DNA of 64,000 bases from an uncultured virus (IMG/VR IMGVR_UViG_3300046516_000137) (taxonomy: Duplodnaviria; Heunggongvirae; Uroviricota; Caudoviricetes): IMG/VR virus record IMGVR_UViG_3300046516_000137, one strand, 5' to 3'. Below the pieces are notes generated by a model that was given only the letters and a program-made list of their open reading frames with translations, did no database searches and was not told where the DNA came from. A program made the translations under genes and the position numbers. Each line of letters starts with the position of its first letter. Positions within the stretch are counted from its first letter, which is position 1. This document shows, piece after piece, positions 19,973-30,769 of the stretch.

Positions 19973-22944
19973 TACTGTCCAATCTGTAGGGTAGAGATAC
20001 GAAGCTGCTCAGCAACAGCCTTGGTAACAGCCTTGCCGATATCCTGGGCATCCTGGTAGGAACCAGTGAATGTACTTGGTAGGTTAACAGTAACACCGCC
20101 AAGATGGATGGTTGCCCCTGAACCTGCCGCATTCTTCTTTACATTAGGATTGTTGGTGCTGTTAATAAGAGTCTGACGAATGGTCTCAGCTTGCTGTGCA
20201 GGAATAATCATCTCGCCCTTGTGAACAGTTGCTCCCTGATCCTTGTCAATATTCCATGCACCAGCCGCATACCAGTTGTTCTTCTGGTGGAATGCCCATG
20301 CTGAATCAGGGGAACCATAGCGTCCCTTGATATAGTCCATCATCCAAGAAAGCTGAGTATCTCCATTGGTCTTCCAGTCTGCACCCGCACTTGACATCTT
20401 GGATGCTGGTAGAGACTGAGGAAGACCGTAAGCACCTGATGAAGGATTGGTTGCATGTATATCCCAACCTGCCTCAGACATTTCAAGAGCATTGAATGAT
20501 CCCCACTGACCTCCCCAACCATACTTGGCAAGTAGCGCCTTGGCGTATGACTGAAGTGCAGACTTGCTGTTGTTCCCATTTGCTACTGGAGTAGATCCTG
20601 TAGGAGATCCCGCAGAACTGACACCTGCTGCTGTAGTGGAAGATGCCTGAGAAGTTACTGGTGCACCACCTCCACCACCAGATAGAGCAGCAGCAACAAT
20701 AGCTGCTTCACTTATTCCACCCATTCCCAAGTCTCCACCACTTCTGCTCTGTGAAGTACTCAAGGTATTGGAACTAGCAGAGGTACCTGTGGTTGAACTG
20801 CTGTTGCCCACAGAACCCACCACTCTACCAGCACTATCAAACTCACCAGGATTAAGAGAACGAATACGGACCGTAGCACCAGGATGAGGAGCTTCAATAA
20901 TCTGTCCGCCGCCAATGGACATAACAACATGGTGAGCTGGGTTACCTACGAATAGAAGGTCACCAGCTTGAGTCTTGTTCTTGTCTACTGCCTTTGCAGA
21001 CTTCTGCTGATCAGCAGCAACACGTGGAATCTTTACACCAGCTTGTGAGTAAGCCCACTGAGTAAGACCAGAACAGTCCATAGCCTTATTGGGTGTTTCT
21101 CCTCCCCACACATATGGGGTACCCAACTGAGTCTCAGCAGCTCTGACAACAGATGATGCATTGGCTCCAGAACTTGATGAAGAACCATTGGCTACAGAAG
21201 ATCCACCATCAGTAGTGGTAGTGGAAGAACCCTGTCCATATCCGGCGGGAGCAGTTGGAGGTGTATATCCTCCACCCAGCATTTGAAGATACTTGGGATC
21301 AACATTTGCACCAGGATGCGCAGCAAACCATTCCTTGGCCTTCGCAGCTCTCACGCTCTGGCTCTTGCCCATGTAATTGAACATGGCACTTTCAAAAGAT
21401 GAAGTGTCTGCACCACCCCTATTGGTTCTACTGTTTATAGTATTCTGCGTAGTCTGTCCCGCAAGAGCAGCAGCACCTAAGGCACCTGCACCAGGAAGCA
21501 TTCTTGCCAGTAGTCCCGTACTTGCTGCACCACCTGCGACAGTAGTTACGTTGTAAACGCCATTGGCACCCATAGCTCCTAAACCACTAGTTGCACCTCT
21601 ACCGAACAAACTCCCTAGGAGCCCGCCTGAGCCTCCCAAAAGTCGGGAAGCACCTAATAGACCTGCGCCTGCTCCAAAGGCCCCAGAGAAGCCTCCTAGG
21701 GCGTTAGAGACGGGACTGGCAGCTCCCGCTCCAATACCCAGAAGCTTATCCATTCCAGTTGCCTTCATCATGGCTGTCAAAGCCTGACTGAACTGGTTGA
21801 TTACATTAGTAGTCTTGGTGAAAGCAGATGCCATTGTCTCGTTGACATCTTCCTGACGAGTCATCTGTGTTGAGCTGAGATTACGCTGTGCCTCAAATGC
21901 TGAAGTTCCGATACCTACACTCTTAAGTCTGGAGATAGCACTCTTATTTCCACCAGCGGCCTGCTGTGTAAGGGTGGAGTACTGGGCAGAAGAGATTCCC
22001 TTGTTCTGTGCTGTTACCTGTCCCTGTAGATAGTTCTGGTATTCCTGGATAGTGTTCTGGTTCCAGCCCATCTGAGCACCCCAGGACTGCATGTTCACAT
22101 TAAGTGAGCCACCCTGCTGGATAGCAGCATTGAACTGTGCAGCAGTAAGCTTCTGATTACCGAAGGTTCTCTGCATCATTCCCTGTGCAATAGTACTCAT
22201 GGAAGCGTTACGGTTAAGGCTCCCCAGTCCGTAAGCCTGTCCCATTATTCTGGAACGAGCTGAGAAGGTCTGCTGAGCTGCTGTAGCAGAAGTTGCGGCA
22301 CCCATAGTAGGACTCAGGTATCCGAAAGCATTAGCTTGTCTGCTACCGTTTACAAATGCTGGATTGGACTGGCCATTGAATACAGCATTACCGAAGGTGT
22401 ACTGATTGATGTAAGCAGCCTGCGCAGCATCAGTAGTATTCAGAGCGGCATAGTTATTAGCGAATGCCATACGCATTGCTACGTTGTTGCCTGTAGTTCC
22501 TCCACCGGCAAGAGCAGACTGTGAACCGTAGAAGTTCATCTGCATCATATTGGACATGTTCTTGTTGCCGTACTGAGTCAAGGCAGAGGCCACACCCATT
22601 GCGGCACCGACACCAGCAGACAGACGAGACCCGGCACCTAGTGCGCCGAATCCTCCGCCACCTCCATTGGATCTAGTTCCACCCTGACGACCGGAACCAC
22701 CAAAGGAACCACCACCTCCATTGGAGCTGTAGCGATTACTGTTGGAACCTGCATTCCATCCGGATGCGGATGAGGAAGTACCTGTAGAGCGTTTGGTAGA
22801 ACCCGTCAACCCATCAATACTGCTGACTAGCTTTCCTACATCCGCGCTCATTTTATTAACTTGTGTCGTTAACGAATCAACCGCCTGCTGAAGACCATTG
22901 GTCCCCAACAAGCGGCTGGCTCCGATATTGTTTTCCTCAGCCAC
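19972..22944 (-). CDS. tape measure protein with NlpC/P60 peptidase and lytic transglycosylase domains
   Basis: G/A-rich helical body; LGTPYVWGG...DCSGL...HHV (NlpC/P60); EAGW...NPSSGAYGLPQ (SLT-like). Confidence 0.9.
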   Translation of the reverse strand: MAEENNIGASRLLGTNGLQQAVDSLTTQVNKMSADVGKLVSSIDGLTGSTKRSTGTSSSASGWNAGSNSNRYSSNGGGGSFGGSGRQGGTRSNGGGGGFGALGAGSRLSAGVGAAMGVASALTQYGNKNMSNMMQMNFYGSQSALAGGGTTGNNVAMRMAFANNYAALNTTDAAQAAYINQYTFGNAVFNGQSNPAFVNGSRQANAFGYLSPTMGAATSATAAQQTFSARSRIMGQAYGLGSLNRNASMSTIAQGMMQRTFGNQKLTAAQFNAAIQQGGSLNVNMQSWGAQMGWNQNTIQEYQNYLQGQVTAQNKGISSAQYSTLTQQAAGGNKSAISRLKSVGIGTSAFEAQRNLSSTQMTRQEDVNETMASAFTKTTNVINQFSQALTAMMKATGMDKLLGIGAGAASPVSNALGGFSGAFGAGAGLLGASRLLGGSGGLLGSLFGRGATSGLGAMGANGVYNVTTVAGGAASTGLLARMLPGAGALGAAALAGQTTQNTINSRTNRGGADTSSFESAMFNYMGKSQSVRAAKAKEWFAAHPGANVDPKYLQMLGGGYTPPTAPAGYGQGSSTTTTDGGSSVANGSSSSSGANASSVVRAAETQLGTPYVWGGETPNKAMDCSGLTQWAYSQAGVKIPRVAADQQKSAKAVDKNKTQAGDLLFVGNPAHHVVMSIGGGQIIEAPHPGATVRIRSLNPGEFDSAGRVVGSVGNSSSTTGTSASSNTLSTSQSRSGGDLGMGGISEAAIVAAALSGGGGGAPVTSQASSTTAAGVSSAGSPTGSTPVANGNNSKSALQSYAKALLAKYGWGGQWGSFNALEMSEAGWDIHATNPSSGAYGLPQSLPASKMSSAGADWKTNGDTQLSWMMDYIKGRYGSPDSAWAFHQKNNWYAAGAWNIDKDQGATVHKGEMIIPAQQAETIRQTLINSTNNPNVKKNAAGSGATIHLGGVTVNLPSTFTGSYQDAQDIGKAVTKAVAEQLRISTLQIGQ

Positions 22945-22978
22945 TTAGTTCTCCTAGGGTAAGTCGTTACTCTCAATT

Positions 22979-23216
22979 TTACCTCATGGGTACTCCACCG
23001 AAAGTAACTCCAGCTCCTACAGGTCTAGTAATGACTTGAGTAGAGTTATTAGCTTGATGCATCTGTTCGTACTGCTGCTCTAGCTTGTAAAGGTAGCGCT
23101 TTACCCAGTGCTTGCGTTCCCTGTATGTTAGCTTGCGTGAATCGAAAATAGACCAGTTGAATCCCTCTTGGAGTTGTTCGTATTCCTTGTAGAGGGATTC
23201 GTAATTAGAGTTCCCG
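22979..23216 (-). CDS. tail assembly chaperone C-terminal extension (probably reached by frameshift)
   Basis: Overlapping ORF in the +1 frame between chaperone and tape measure, with no clear RBS. Confidence 0.65.
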
Positions 23217-24068
23217 AAACAGAATGCCCACATTCAAGGGGACAGGAACCTCACCCTCGCACGCATGGCACTTTGCAAATACCTTGTCATAGCGTGGTCC
23301 TGGCTGGTTGTTGTATATATACTCTTGCAGAGTATTTCTGTCAGCTATACTCATTCTCTTTACATCTGACAGACCGTTGCTCATCTTCTCTGAACCATCA
23401 GGCTCAATGAAAGAGATAACACAGTTAGCAAGAGTTATGCTGTTCATTTCAGGAAGGGTCAGTACGTTCTTGAATATCTCATTCTGTACGGCACCAGTAG
23501 GGAAACTTATCTTTGCCTTACGTCCCTTACGAAGTTCTACAAGGAACTCTCGTTCCTCAGGATCATCAAGCTTGCCAACAGGGATGTCCTTGAGATCCAT
23601 GGAAAGGTCATTGCTCTCGTCACAATGAGGACAAGTAACATTGAATACCTCAAACTCGTCACCGAAAGTCGCACGACGAATACCCAGCATCAGCATGTCC
23701 AGGTCTCCCTGCATCATGGAATCAAGAAGATCCTGCGTAGCCTTCTTGTCTCCTACAGATACCGTTCCACACAGTAGGAGAGTATTGATGTACTTGGCGG
23801 GGTTGGTAGCAGATCTAGCCTTTGCTATCTTTTCCTCATGCTCACCATTGAGTTCCTGTACCTCTGCATCCTGACGAATCTTTCCATCAATCTCGATACC
23901 CGCAGGAAGTTTTACATAGGTATCGGGCAGTTCCTCAATGGAAGGGGCAGGCTGTAGGGAATGAAGAACTCTCTTTGTAAGCTCATGAAGTTCTTGATCT
24001 GTACCCTTACCTACCTGCCCCTTGTCATCATCAAAGGACATTGAGTATTCTGGCTTTTGGTATTCCAT
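23205..24068 (-). CDS. tail assembly chaperone (T4 gp26-like, Zn motifs)
   Basis: Between tube and tape measure; CPHC and CHAC motifs. Confidence 0.8.
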   Translation of the reverse strand: MEYQKPEYSMSFDDDKGQVGKGTDQELHELTKRVLHSLQPAPSIEELPDTYVKLPAGIEIDGKIRQDAEVQELNGEHEEKIAKARSATNPAKYINTLLLCGTVSVGDKKATQDLLDSMMQGDLDMLMLGIRRATFGDEFEVFNVTCPHCDESNDLSMDLKDIPVGKLDDPEEREFLVELRKGRKAKISFPTGAVQNEIFKNVLTLPEMNSITLANCVISFIEPDGSEKMSNGLSDVKRMSIADRNTLQEYIYNNQPGPRYDKVFAKCHACEGEVPVPLNVGILFREL

Positions 24069-24112
24069 TAATTCTCCAAATATTGTCACGAAAGGTTATA
24101 CATCAGTCTAGC

Positions 24113-24688
24113 TTAAAAGTTAACTCCGCTCAAGCCAATCTGTGAAGCCAGCTTATAATCGAATCCTTCGTGAGCCAATGAGATCTGCTGCATAAGAACA
24201 GCGTTGGCTCCAGCATCTAGATCAGAGAATGCCATGGAAGTAATCCATGCATTGTAGATTCTATAGATAGCCTTGACAGGAACAGTTGGTGTGGTTACTG
24301 GGTGGTCCAGAACCATGACATCAACTGTTGCGCGGAAATCCTGACCTGGAGAACCTGTTCCTGTTCCCTGCATTACTGTGAATAGTTCGCGCATCCACTG
24401 CCACATAGGTCCAGAACCAACTGCTACACCTTGGGATAAAGTAATTGGTGCGAAGTCACTCTGCCCGGGCATTTTCTGTGTTGTCGTGTTCATTCCACCT
24501 TCACGATATGGAATAACTTCAGTGGTTACATTCAAACCACTTACAGTCATGAATCCCATAGTAGTGAAACCAGAAATATGTGGGTGCATGATATTTACAT
24601 TGAACTTGAAATTTCTTAGTGGATCTGTGGCCAAGTGAGCAATAGACGGAGTTGCCTTAGCTGTAGGCGCGGTTACAGTAGTAGCCAT
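24113..24688 (-). CDS. tail tube protein (gp19-like)
   Basis: DPLRNFKF...YREGG...KMPG...ITLSQG...YNAW. Confidence 0.92.
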   Translation of the reverse strand: MATTVTAPTAKATPSIAHLATDPLRNFKFNVNIMHPHISGFTTMGFMTVSGLNVTTEVIPYREGGMNTTTQKMPGQSDFAPITLSQGVAVGSGPMWQWMRELFTVMQGTGTGSPGQDFRATVDVMVLDHPVTTPTVPVKAIYRIYNAWITSMAFSDLDAGANAVLMQQISLAHEGFDYKLASQIGLSGVNF

Positions 24689-24700
24689 TTAACTATCCCC

Positions 24701-26599
24701 TTATCCGGTAGTTGTTGTAGAAGCGGCCATCTGGTTAATGTCGATCACAACGAACTCAGCAGGACTGTTAAGAGCCAAACCAACTTGTACGTGGACTTCG
24801 CCAGCAGCGATGGTTGTTGGAGTATTGTTTCCAGAGTCGCACTCTACAAAGAATGCCTGACTTGCTGTGTCTCCGTTAAGAACACCCTGCTGCCAAATTC
24901 CCTGTAGGTACTGATTAACCACAGCAGCAAGTCTTGCCCATAGGTTTGCATTGTTGTTCTCGAAGATTGCAAACTGAGTAGCCTGTGTTAGTGTGTACTG
25001 GATATTCATCAGAGTACGCTCAATGGATACGTAGCGACTAGGTAGTGTAGGTAGAAGAGTTCTTGCACCCATAACACAGAATCCATAAGATGAAATATTA
25101 CGGATGATGTTAATACCGTTGGAATTCAGAGTATCCAGGTTGGTGTTCTGGAATGCCAGTTCAACTCCCGCAACTCTCTGAAGAGGAATGGTTACACCAG
25201 CAGGAGACTTCTGTACACCAACCTGTGCATCTGTCTGAGAGTACAAACCTAGGACAGCTCCACCAGGTGGAAGAGTTCTTGTAGCACCTGGAGTAGAAGA
25301 AACAGGATCTGGAACCTGTACCCATGGAGCATAGATGGAAGCGGCAGATGTAGGAGTGATCTGACTGTTTCCCACAACCATGTTCAGATAGCTGTTCACA
25401 GTAGCGGACTCATTAGGAGTAAATCCATCAGTTCCGATTGTTGCAGGTGGCGCATCAATTACTGTGAAGATATTAGGAACAGACTCTGTCCAAGCAAGGA
25501 TAGGATTCAGAGTAGTTGTAGAAGTAACACCAGGAAGGTTCAGATCAAGATTGCCCTGAATAGTATTAAGGGTCTGCGTAGCAGTAAGAAGACTCGGTGT
25601 AGCAGATCCGTCAGCACCAGATGCAAGAGCTATAGGAGACTGATCCTGTGGGGTGATGGCAGTAGTCCAGGTTGTATAAGTACCTAGGTCAACAGCATGG
25701 ATGTACTTGGACCCAAGCAACGTAGAGTTAATCATAGATACTGCATAGCGCTGATCAGTTCTATTCATTGTCACATCAATGAAACGTTCAACGATCATTG
25801 CGTCAGCGGTTCCACCATAGCGCACGGTCAGATTGAATCTTCCTACACCATTAACAGAGTCAGTGATATCGATGAAGATCTGATTTCCCCAAGCTCCTAC
25901 AGAAATACAGGAAAGCTTAAGAATTGGTACAGCAGTTCCAGTTGTATTGTAAAGAGGAATAGCTGTAGTAGGTGTGAAGCTACCATCATCAGTGAAGGTG
26001 ACTGTTGGGGAGGTAACAGAGCTTAGTAGTAGTGGAGTAGATAGTGGTCCACCAAGTGTAAGGTTACGACGGTAAATCTTGTAACTGGTTGCTGTAGCTA
26101 CAGCGGTCCAAGTTAGTACAACATTATTAGTAACCGTAAGAGTCTGATTAGCGATAGCCTGTACAGGTACAGATCCATTGGTTTCACCAGGAGACTTCAC
26201 AGCAGTAACAGTGTACTCGTATGTGTAAGAAGGTGTGGTAGTTCCACCTGGTGTTGCACCAAGACCTGTTGGAGGAAGGATTGCTCCTACTCCTGCTTCA
26301 CGGTCATTAAGAGTTTCAGTTGCTGCTACAGCATCAGAAGCTGCCGCTCTTACTATATAGCACTGGTTTCCATTATTGGCAAAGTACTGCCATACAGCAA
26401 AGGGAAGGTAATTGGCACCATTTCCGAATCCGCCGAACTGATCCACGAACTGGTTCCAACTATTTACAAGGGTTGGCTGAGTTGGTCCCTGAGTGTGAAC
26501 ACCCACGAACGCAGCCGTAGCTGCACCGGGACTATTAGTCCCAATGGTCAGCGGAGTCAATGATGTATTTACATATACACCAGGGCGCTGATATGTCAT
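24701..26599 (-). CDS. tail sheath protein
   Basis: YQRPGVYV start; GVQKSPAG, GART, FENN, PAEFVVI. Confidence 0.95.
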   Translation of the reverse strand: MTYQRPGVYVNTSLTPLTIGTNSPGAATAAFVGVHTQGPTQPTLVNSWNQFVDQFGGFGNGANYLPFAVWQYFANNGNQCYIVRAAASDAVAATETLNDREAGVGAILPPTGLGATPGGTTTPSYTYEYTVTAVKSPGETNGSVPVQAIANQTLTVTNNVVLTWTAVATATSYKIYRRNLTLGGPLSTPLLLSSVTSPTVTFTDDGSFTPTTAIPLYNTTGTAVPILKLSCISVGAWGNQIFIDITDSVNGVGRFNLTVRYGGTADAMIVERFIDVTMNRTDQRYAVSMINSTLLGSKYIHAVDLGTYTTWTTAITPQDQSPIALASGADGSATPSLLTATQTLNTIQGNLDLNLPGVTSTTTLNPILAWTESVPNIFTVIDAPPATIGTDGFTPNESATVNSYLNMVVGNSQITPTSAASIYAPWVQVPDPVSSTPGATRTLPPGGAVLGLYSQTDAQVGVQKSPAGVTIPLQRVAGVELAFQNTNLDTLNSNGINIIRNISSYGFCVMGARTLLPTLPSRYVSIERTLMNIQYTLTQATQFAIFENNNANLWARLAAVVNQYLQGIWQQGVLNGDTASQAFFVECDSGNNTPTTIAAGEVHVQVGLALNSPAEFVVIDINQMAASTTTTG

Positions 26600-26632
26600 T
26601 AATATCTCCTAGCTAGGTAATTAATTGGTGGC

Positions 26633-28546
26633 TTACGTGTGGTCAACGATCAGCCACGCAACGGTTGATGTATCCGCCGCATTACTGGAGTGGATAACGA
26701 AAGATGTACCTGCTGTAATAGTACCAATATTTAGGAATCCTGCGGTTCCACCGGTTACTTGTGGTGTCAGATAGATACGACTATTAGCAGTTACAGCAGT
26801 AGTAGCTACAGTAACAGTTCCTGCAACAAGAACAGAAGTTCCCATCTTGGCATTCGTACCTTCTGCAATCTTTACACCGCGACCAGCAGTAACAATAGCT
26901 AGGTCAGTTGTTGTTAGACCAAGTTGATTAGCCGCAGTTCTTCCAACAGTTACATCTCTAGCGGCAGCACCAGAGCCTACCGTGAATGAGCCATCTCCAA
27001 GTAAGCGAAATCTATCAAAAGCATCTGCACTATTTACATTGGAGGACAAGATAGTATTACCACTTGCGGAAGGCTGTGCAGCAATATTTCCCTTAGCAGA
27101 AGCTGCTGTACCTGTACTACCCAAAGTTACACTGGTAACAAAGTTGAAATTACCAGCACTAGTTTCCAATACAGCAGAAGGTGTTGCAGTAAACCAGTTA
27201 GCAGATGTTGATCCGGTACCTTGGAAAGAGGCATTGATAAAACGAACAGCTTGTGCAGCAGATATATTTACAGTCTGCTGCACTCCAGGAGTACCTATGG
27301 TAACTATTGGGGAGGCGAATCTGCAATCATCAACATAGCCTGTTGAGGTTCCTGACCAGTTAATATCATAATTACTGCCAGTGGCTCCTTGACCACTAGT
27401 AGAAAAGAACAAGTCATTAAGATGAACAGGTGCCCCAGTACCCTCAACGGAAATACCATGAGTCTGATTATTAATGAAGCGTAGAGTACTAAGATGAATA
27501 TTTACCGCAGCACCCGTAATACGCACACCTATAAGACCTTGCTGAATAACTCCACCGTCTATCTGAACATTCTGTGGAGACCCATTAGCGCTGTCTTCAA
27601 TAAGAACATTGTTACCTGTGTTTGGGCCTAGTGCATCCAAATTCTTTATAAAGGATGCTGCACAGTTCCCCTTTATATGAAGACCCACACCTGTACCCAG
27701 AGATGTCCATAGGAATAGATTAGTAGCAAGAATATCCCAAGCATCTTCAATTCTAAGACCATCTAGATTAGCTGAGGCCCCTGTGGTAACTCCTCCGGAG
27801 ATGTACTGAATATTGGATACGAAGGAATTTACAGCAAAACCAGAAGCAGTGTTTCCTAGGAATCTGATGCCACCAGCAGAAGATCGGATAATAACATCCG
27901 TTATCATAGTCGCATCAGGATTATTACTTGAACTACCTCCGGCTGTTACTTCAATCGCCCATCCGTTGATGAACCAGAATACGCAACGAGTAATCTTGGC
28001 ACGACGTACAGCCGTTACTTCTACAGCATTAGCAATAGGATTACTAGTAGTCGTTGCATTATTTCCCTGAATAGTCAGGTCCACAACTTCACAAGTACTA
28101 GCAGTTATCTGAATAGCATAAGCTCCAGTAAAGCTGGAACCAATAGTAAGCTTGGCATTCTCTGAGCCAGAACCTCTAAGAACTGTTCCCACATTTGGGA
28201 CAGTTAACTGAGAACTGTTAAGTAGGTAATTACCTGGTGGAAAGAATACTGTTCCACCATTAACAGCAGCATTTATTGCTGCCTGTATAGCAGCAGTATC
28301 ATCAACTACACCATTTCCTACTGCGAGATAATCTTTAACATTGTATTGGTTTACTCCTGCTGCCACCCCAGCACTTATACCTAAATGGGATACCGCTAAA
28401 GGAACATTGGTTAGGTCACTTAGGTTATTCGCGCGCTGTAGCGCCCCAGCTATTGTGGAAGTATTGTTATTATCCAACTGAGTTAACGCAGCATTGAGAG
28501 AGATATCCCAATTCAAAGAACCCTTAACGGGTAGTACTACTGCCAT
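26633..28546 (-). CDS. pectate-lyase-like beta-helix protein (tailspike/depolymerase)
   Basis: NVKDYLAVGNGVVDDTAAIQAAINA...TVFFPPGNY followed by beta-helix repeats. Confidence 0.85.
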   Translation of the reverse strand: MAVVLPVKGSLNWDISLNAALTQLDNNNTSTIAGALQRANNLSDLTNVPLAVSHLGISAGVAAGVNQYNVKDYLAVGNGVVDDTAAIQAAINAAVNGGTVFFPPGNYLLNSSQLTVPNVGTVLRGSGSENAKLTIGSSFTGAYAIQITASTCEVVDLTIQGNNATTTSNPIANAVEVTAVRRAKITRCVFWFINGWAIEVTAGGSSSNNPDATMITDVIIRSSAGGIRFLGNTASGFAVNSFVSNIQYISGGVTTGASANLDGLRIEDAWDILATNLFLWTSLGTGVGLHIKGNCAASFIKNLDALGPNTGNNVLIEDSANGSPQNVQIDGGVIQQGLIGVRITGAAVNIHLSTLRFINNQTHGISVEGTGAPVHLNDLFFSTSGQGATGSNYDINWSGTSTGYVDDCRFASPIVTIGTPGVQQTVNISAAQAVRFINASFQGTGSTSANWFTATPSAVLETSAGNFNFVTSVTLGSTGTAASAKGNIAAQPSASGNTILSSNVNSADAFDRFRLLGDGSFTVGSGAAARDVTVGRTAANQLGLTTTDLAIVTAGRGVKIAEGTNAKMGTSVLVAGTVTVATTAVTANSRIYLTPQVTGGTAGFLNIGTITAGTSFVIHSSNAADTSTVAWLIVDHT

Positions 28547-28557
28547 GGAAACTCCTA

Positions 28558-29178
28558 CTACTCGACTGGGGGAAGAACTGAAATAGTATTTATAACGGTC
28601 TGTACCTGTAGATACTTATTTACCTCTATAGGTAGTAGCTCTGTGGAAACTCTAACAGAATAGATGGAGTGGAATACTCTCTTATCATCAGTATCATGAG
28701 TGCTCTGTCTCTCTGGGCCGGACATAAGATCCATTCGGCGTACTGTGCCATCCTCAGGTATTGCTAGATAGCCATGTCTTACGCTAAGGAAATCAGGTCC
28801 AGATAGTACAGCAGAAAGAAAAGTAGAGTGCTTGTTAGTTCTGGAAAGTACTTCTATTTGGTAATCAATATTATACGGTATAGGAGTAAAAGCCCAGTAT
28901 GGACTATTAGTGACGTCTAGGTTAGAGTCATTTATCCACTGCTCAAAACCTTCTGGAGTGTACGGCAACTGTGACCAACCAGAGGAAGCACGCTCTGCAT
29001 CATATGACAAGCCAACATTGCAGATGATGATAGAAGGGTAGGTAAGGTCTACTAGTTCCGTATCATTGTCCAGCCAGGTAACCTGTACTGGTCTTCCTGT
29101 ATCAGGAGCATTGACGTCCTGTACAACCATTCCGGAGAATTTTTCCATCATGGCTCTATCTTCATTGAAGATAAACAT
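28558..29178 (-). CDS. tail terminator/completion protein
   Basis: Position; YDAERA and PIPYNIDYQI resemble T4 gp15-like proteins. Confidence 0.65.
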   Translation of the reverse strand: MFIFNEDRAMMEKFSGMVVQDVNAPDTGRPVQVTWLDNDTELVDLTYPSIIICNVGLSYDAERASSGWSQLPYTPEGFEQWINDSNLDVTNSPYWAFTPIPYNIDYQIEVLSRTNKHSTFLSAVLSGPDFLSVRHGYLAIPEDGTVRRMDLMSGPERQSTHDTDDKRVFHSIYSVRVSTELLPIEVNKYLQVQTVINTISVLPPVE

Positions 29179-29190
29179 ATAACTCCTTAC

Positions 29191-29898
29191 TTACTGGTTG
29201 GCTGGATTAGGATTTAATGATGGAATAATCTGTCTTAGCTGCTTGCTCATTCCATTTGACGGCTCAGGAACCTTGTAGTTAAGTGGATAAGCACTACCAT
29301 GACCACTGTTGTATGGATCATAGGAAGCATTGTTTAGATTCCACTGCTGCTCAAACGCTGCACCAGATCTGACATCTGTTGGAACAGCATACTGTGCGAA
29401 CTGTATATCATTTACTAGCTCATCCGGCTTAACCTGTGTGGCATCAATAGCCACGATAATGTCTCGCTGTTGAATCTGTCCAAGAACCTGCACTGTAGTT
29501 ACGCGAAATACCTTTGTGTCATAAACAAATCTATCCTTAAGATAGTTCGCAGTATTGATATCCATCTTATTCAGACCTAGCTTCTTCAACTGGTCAAAGG
29601 ATAAGGTGATATGTGCTCTGTCGTTGTAGTAGAAACCATCTTCAGAGTTATCATTGTCTCCTTCAATGTGAATAACGTGGAGAGCTGGAACATTCATAGG
29701 ACCAAAATAGATTCTACCCAAAGGAGAATCTGCTTCACCATAGACAGGATCAACACTGGACTGGTCATATGCAAATCTGAAATAGGCTACAGTGTCACCT
29801 GTCCATCTCTGCCAATCACGAAGACCTCCATAGATAGAGGCAGTTTCAAAGTCGACAGAAAAGCGGCCACCCTTCCAGCCTGCTCGGTCAATCGCCAT
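29191..29898 (-). CDS. head closure/neck protein
   Basis: Position; VDPVYGE motif (gp14-like). Confidence 0.6.
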   Translation of the reverse strand: MAIDRAGWKGGRFSVDFETASIYGGLRDWQRWTGDTVAYFRFAYDQSSVDPVYGEADSPLGRIYFGPMNVPALHVIHIEGDNDNSEDGFYYNDRAHITLSFDQLKKLGLNKMDINTANYLKDRFVYDTKVFRVTTVQVLGQIQQRDIIVAIDATQVKPDELVNDIQFAQYAVPTDVRSGAAFEQQWNLNNASYDPYNSGHGSAYPLNYKVPEPSNGMSKQLRQIIPSLNPNPANQ

Positions 29899-29931
29899 AA
29901 CGGCTCTCTTTCTATGGAGGTCTTCATTGGA

Positions 29932-30756
29932 CTACAATCCCCAGAGGCCACCGAAGATAGGTGAACTTAGGTTGCTCTCGTCTTCTTCTCTTGCATCGAT
30001 AGGAGGCAACTGACGACGTGGCAATTCGTAATCGTCGTACTCTCTGTCCTCAAAGATAGGTACCAAACGATTGGTAGTTCTGGAAACTCTACGAATCTTG
30101 GACATCTCTATTGCGTTTAGTCCTACGTTAAGCATAGCGCAAAGCTGGTTGTACCTTGCAGTCATACCATCGATCTGTTCACGGATCTGCTGGTATCTCT
30201 GACTACGCGGAACAGTAGTTCCATCAGCGGAAGAGATATCGATATCGGTAGAAGCATCAGTAGCAAGTGCCCAAAGAGCATCAATGGATGCGCGGATAGC
30301 TACTAGAGTTCCTTCAATCTCTGGGAGATTGGATAGATCCATTGGTACTCTGACGTACTTAAGGAATCCATTTGAATCCTTGTAGCGTGTCTTGGTTGTT
30401 CTACCATTGACGTGCTGAAGAGTCGCATCATTTATAAAATCTGTAAGCTCAGTATCGGAAAACATTCCACCAGCAAATCCTGATACTACAAGAGTATCTC
30501 CTTGAGGAAGTGGTGCTGAAGCTCCCTGTAGGAAGATGCGGCCTTCCTGACTATTGAAACTGTAGTCAGTATTGGCTACTAGAAGGATGGGCGCTTGGTT
30601 ATGAATCCACGTTACTGTCACGTTCCATACATTGAAATCTGTAAGATCATAGGTGGACACCATTCCCGTACCTAAGAAGGTATCTGAGAATGGTGCCCCT
30701 GTGTCCCCCAGCTCAGTGCGGACTCTACTGATAATGTCCTGAGTAGTGAAGCCCAT
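29932..30756 (-). CDS. head-tail adaptor
   Basis: IISRVRTELGD start; position after the capsid genes. Confidence 0.65.
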   Translation of the reverse strand: MGFTTQDIISRVRTELGDTGAPFSDTFLGTGMVSTYDLTDFNVWNVTVTWIHNQAPILLVANTDYSFNSQEGRIFLQGASAPLPQGDTLVVSGFAGGMFSDTELTDFINDATLQHVNGRTTKTRYKDSNGFLKYVRVPMDLSNLPEIEGTLVAIRASIDALWALATDASTDIDISSADGTTVPRSQRYQQIREQIDGMTARYNQLCAMLNVGLNAIEMSKIRRVSRTTNRLVPIFEDREYDDYELPRRQLPPIDAREEDESNLSSPIFGGLWGL

Positions 30757-30769
30757 AGCTGGAACCTAC

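Noticed and set aside
14345..26599. Stand-alone contractile injection system or tailocin
   Set aside because: Terminase, portal and capsid genes are contiguous, so this is a phage tail.
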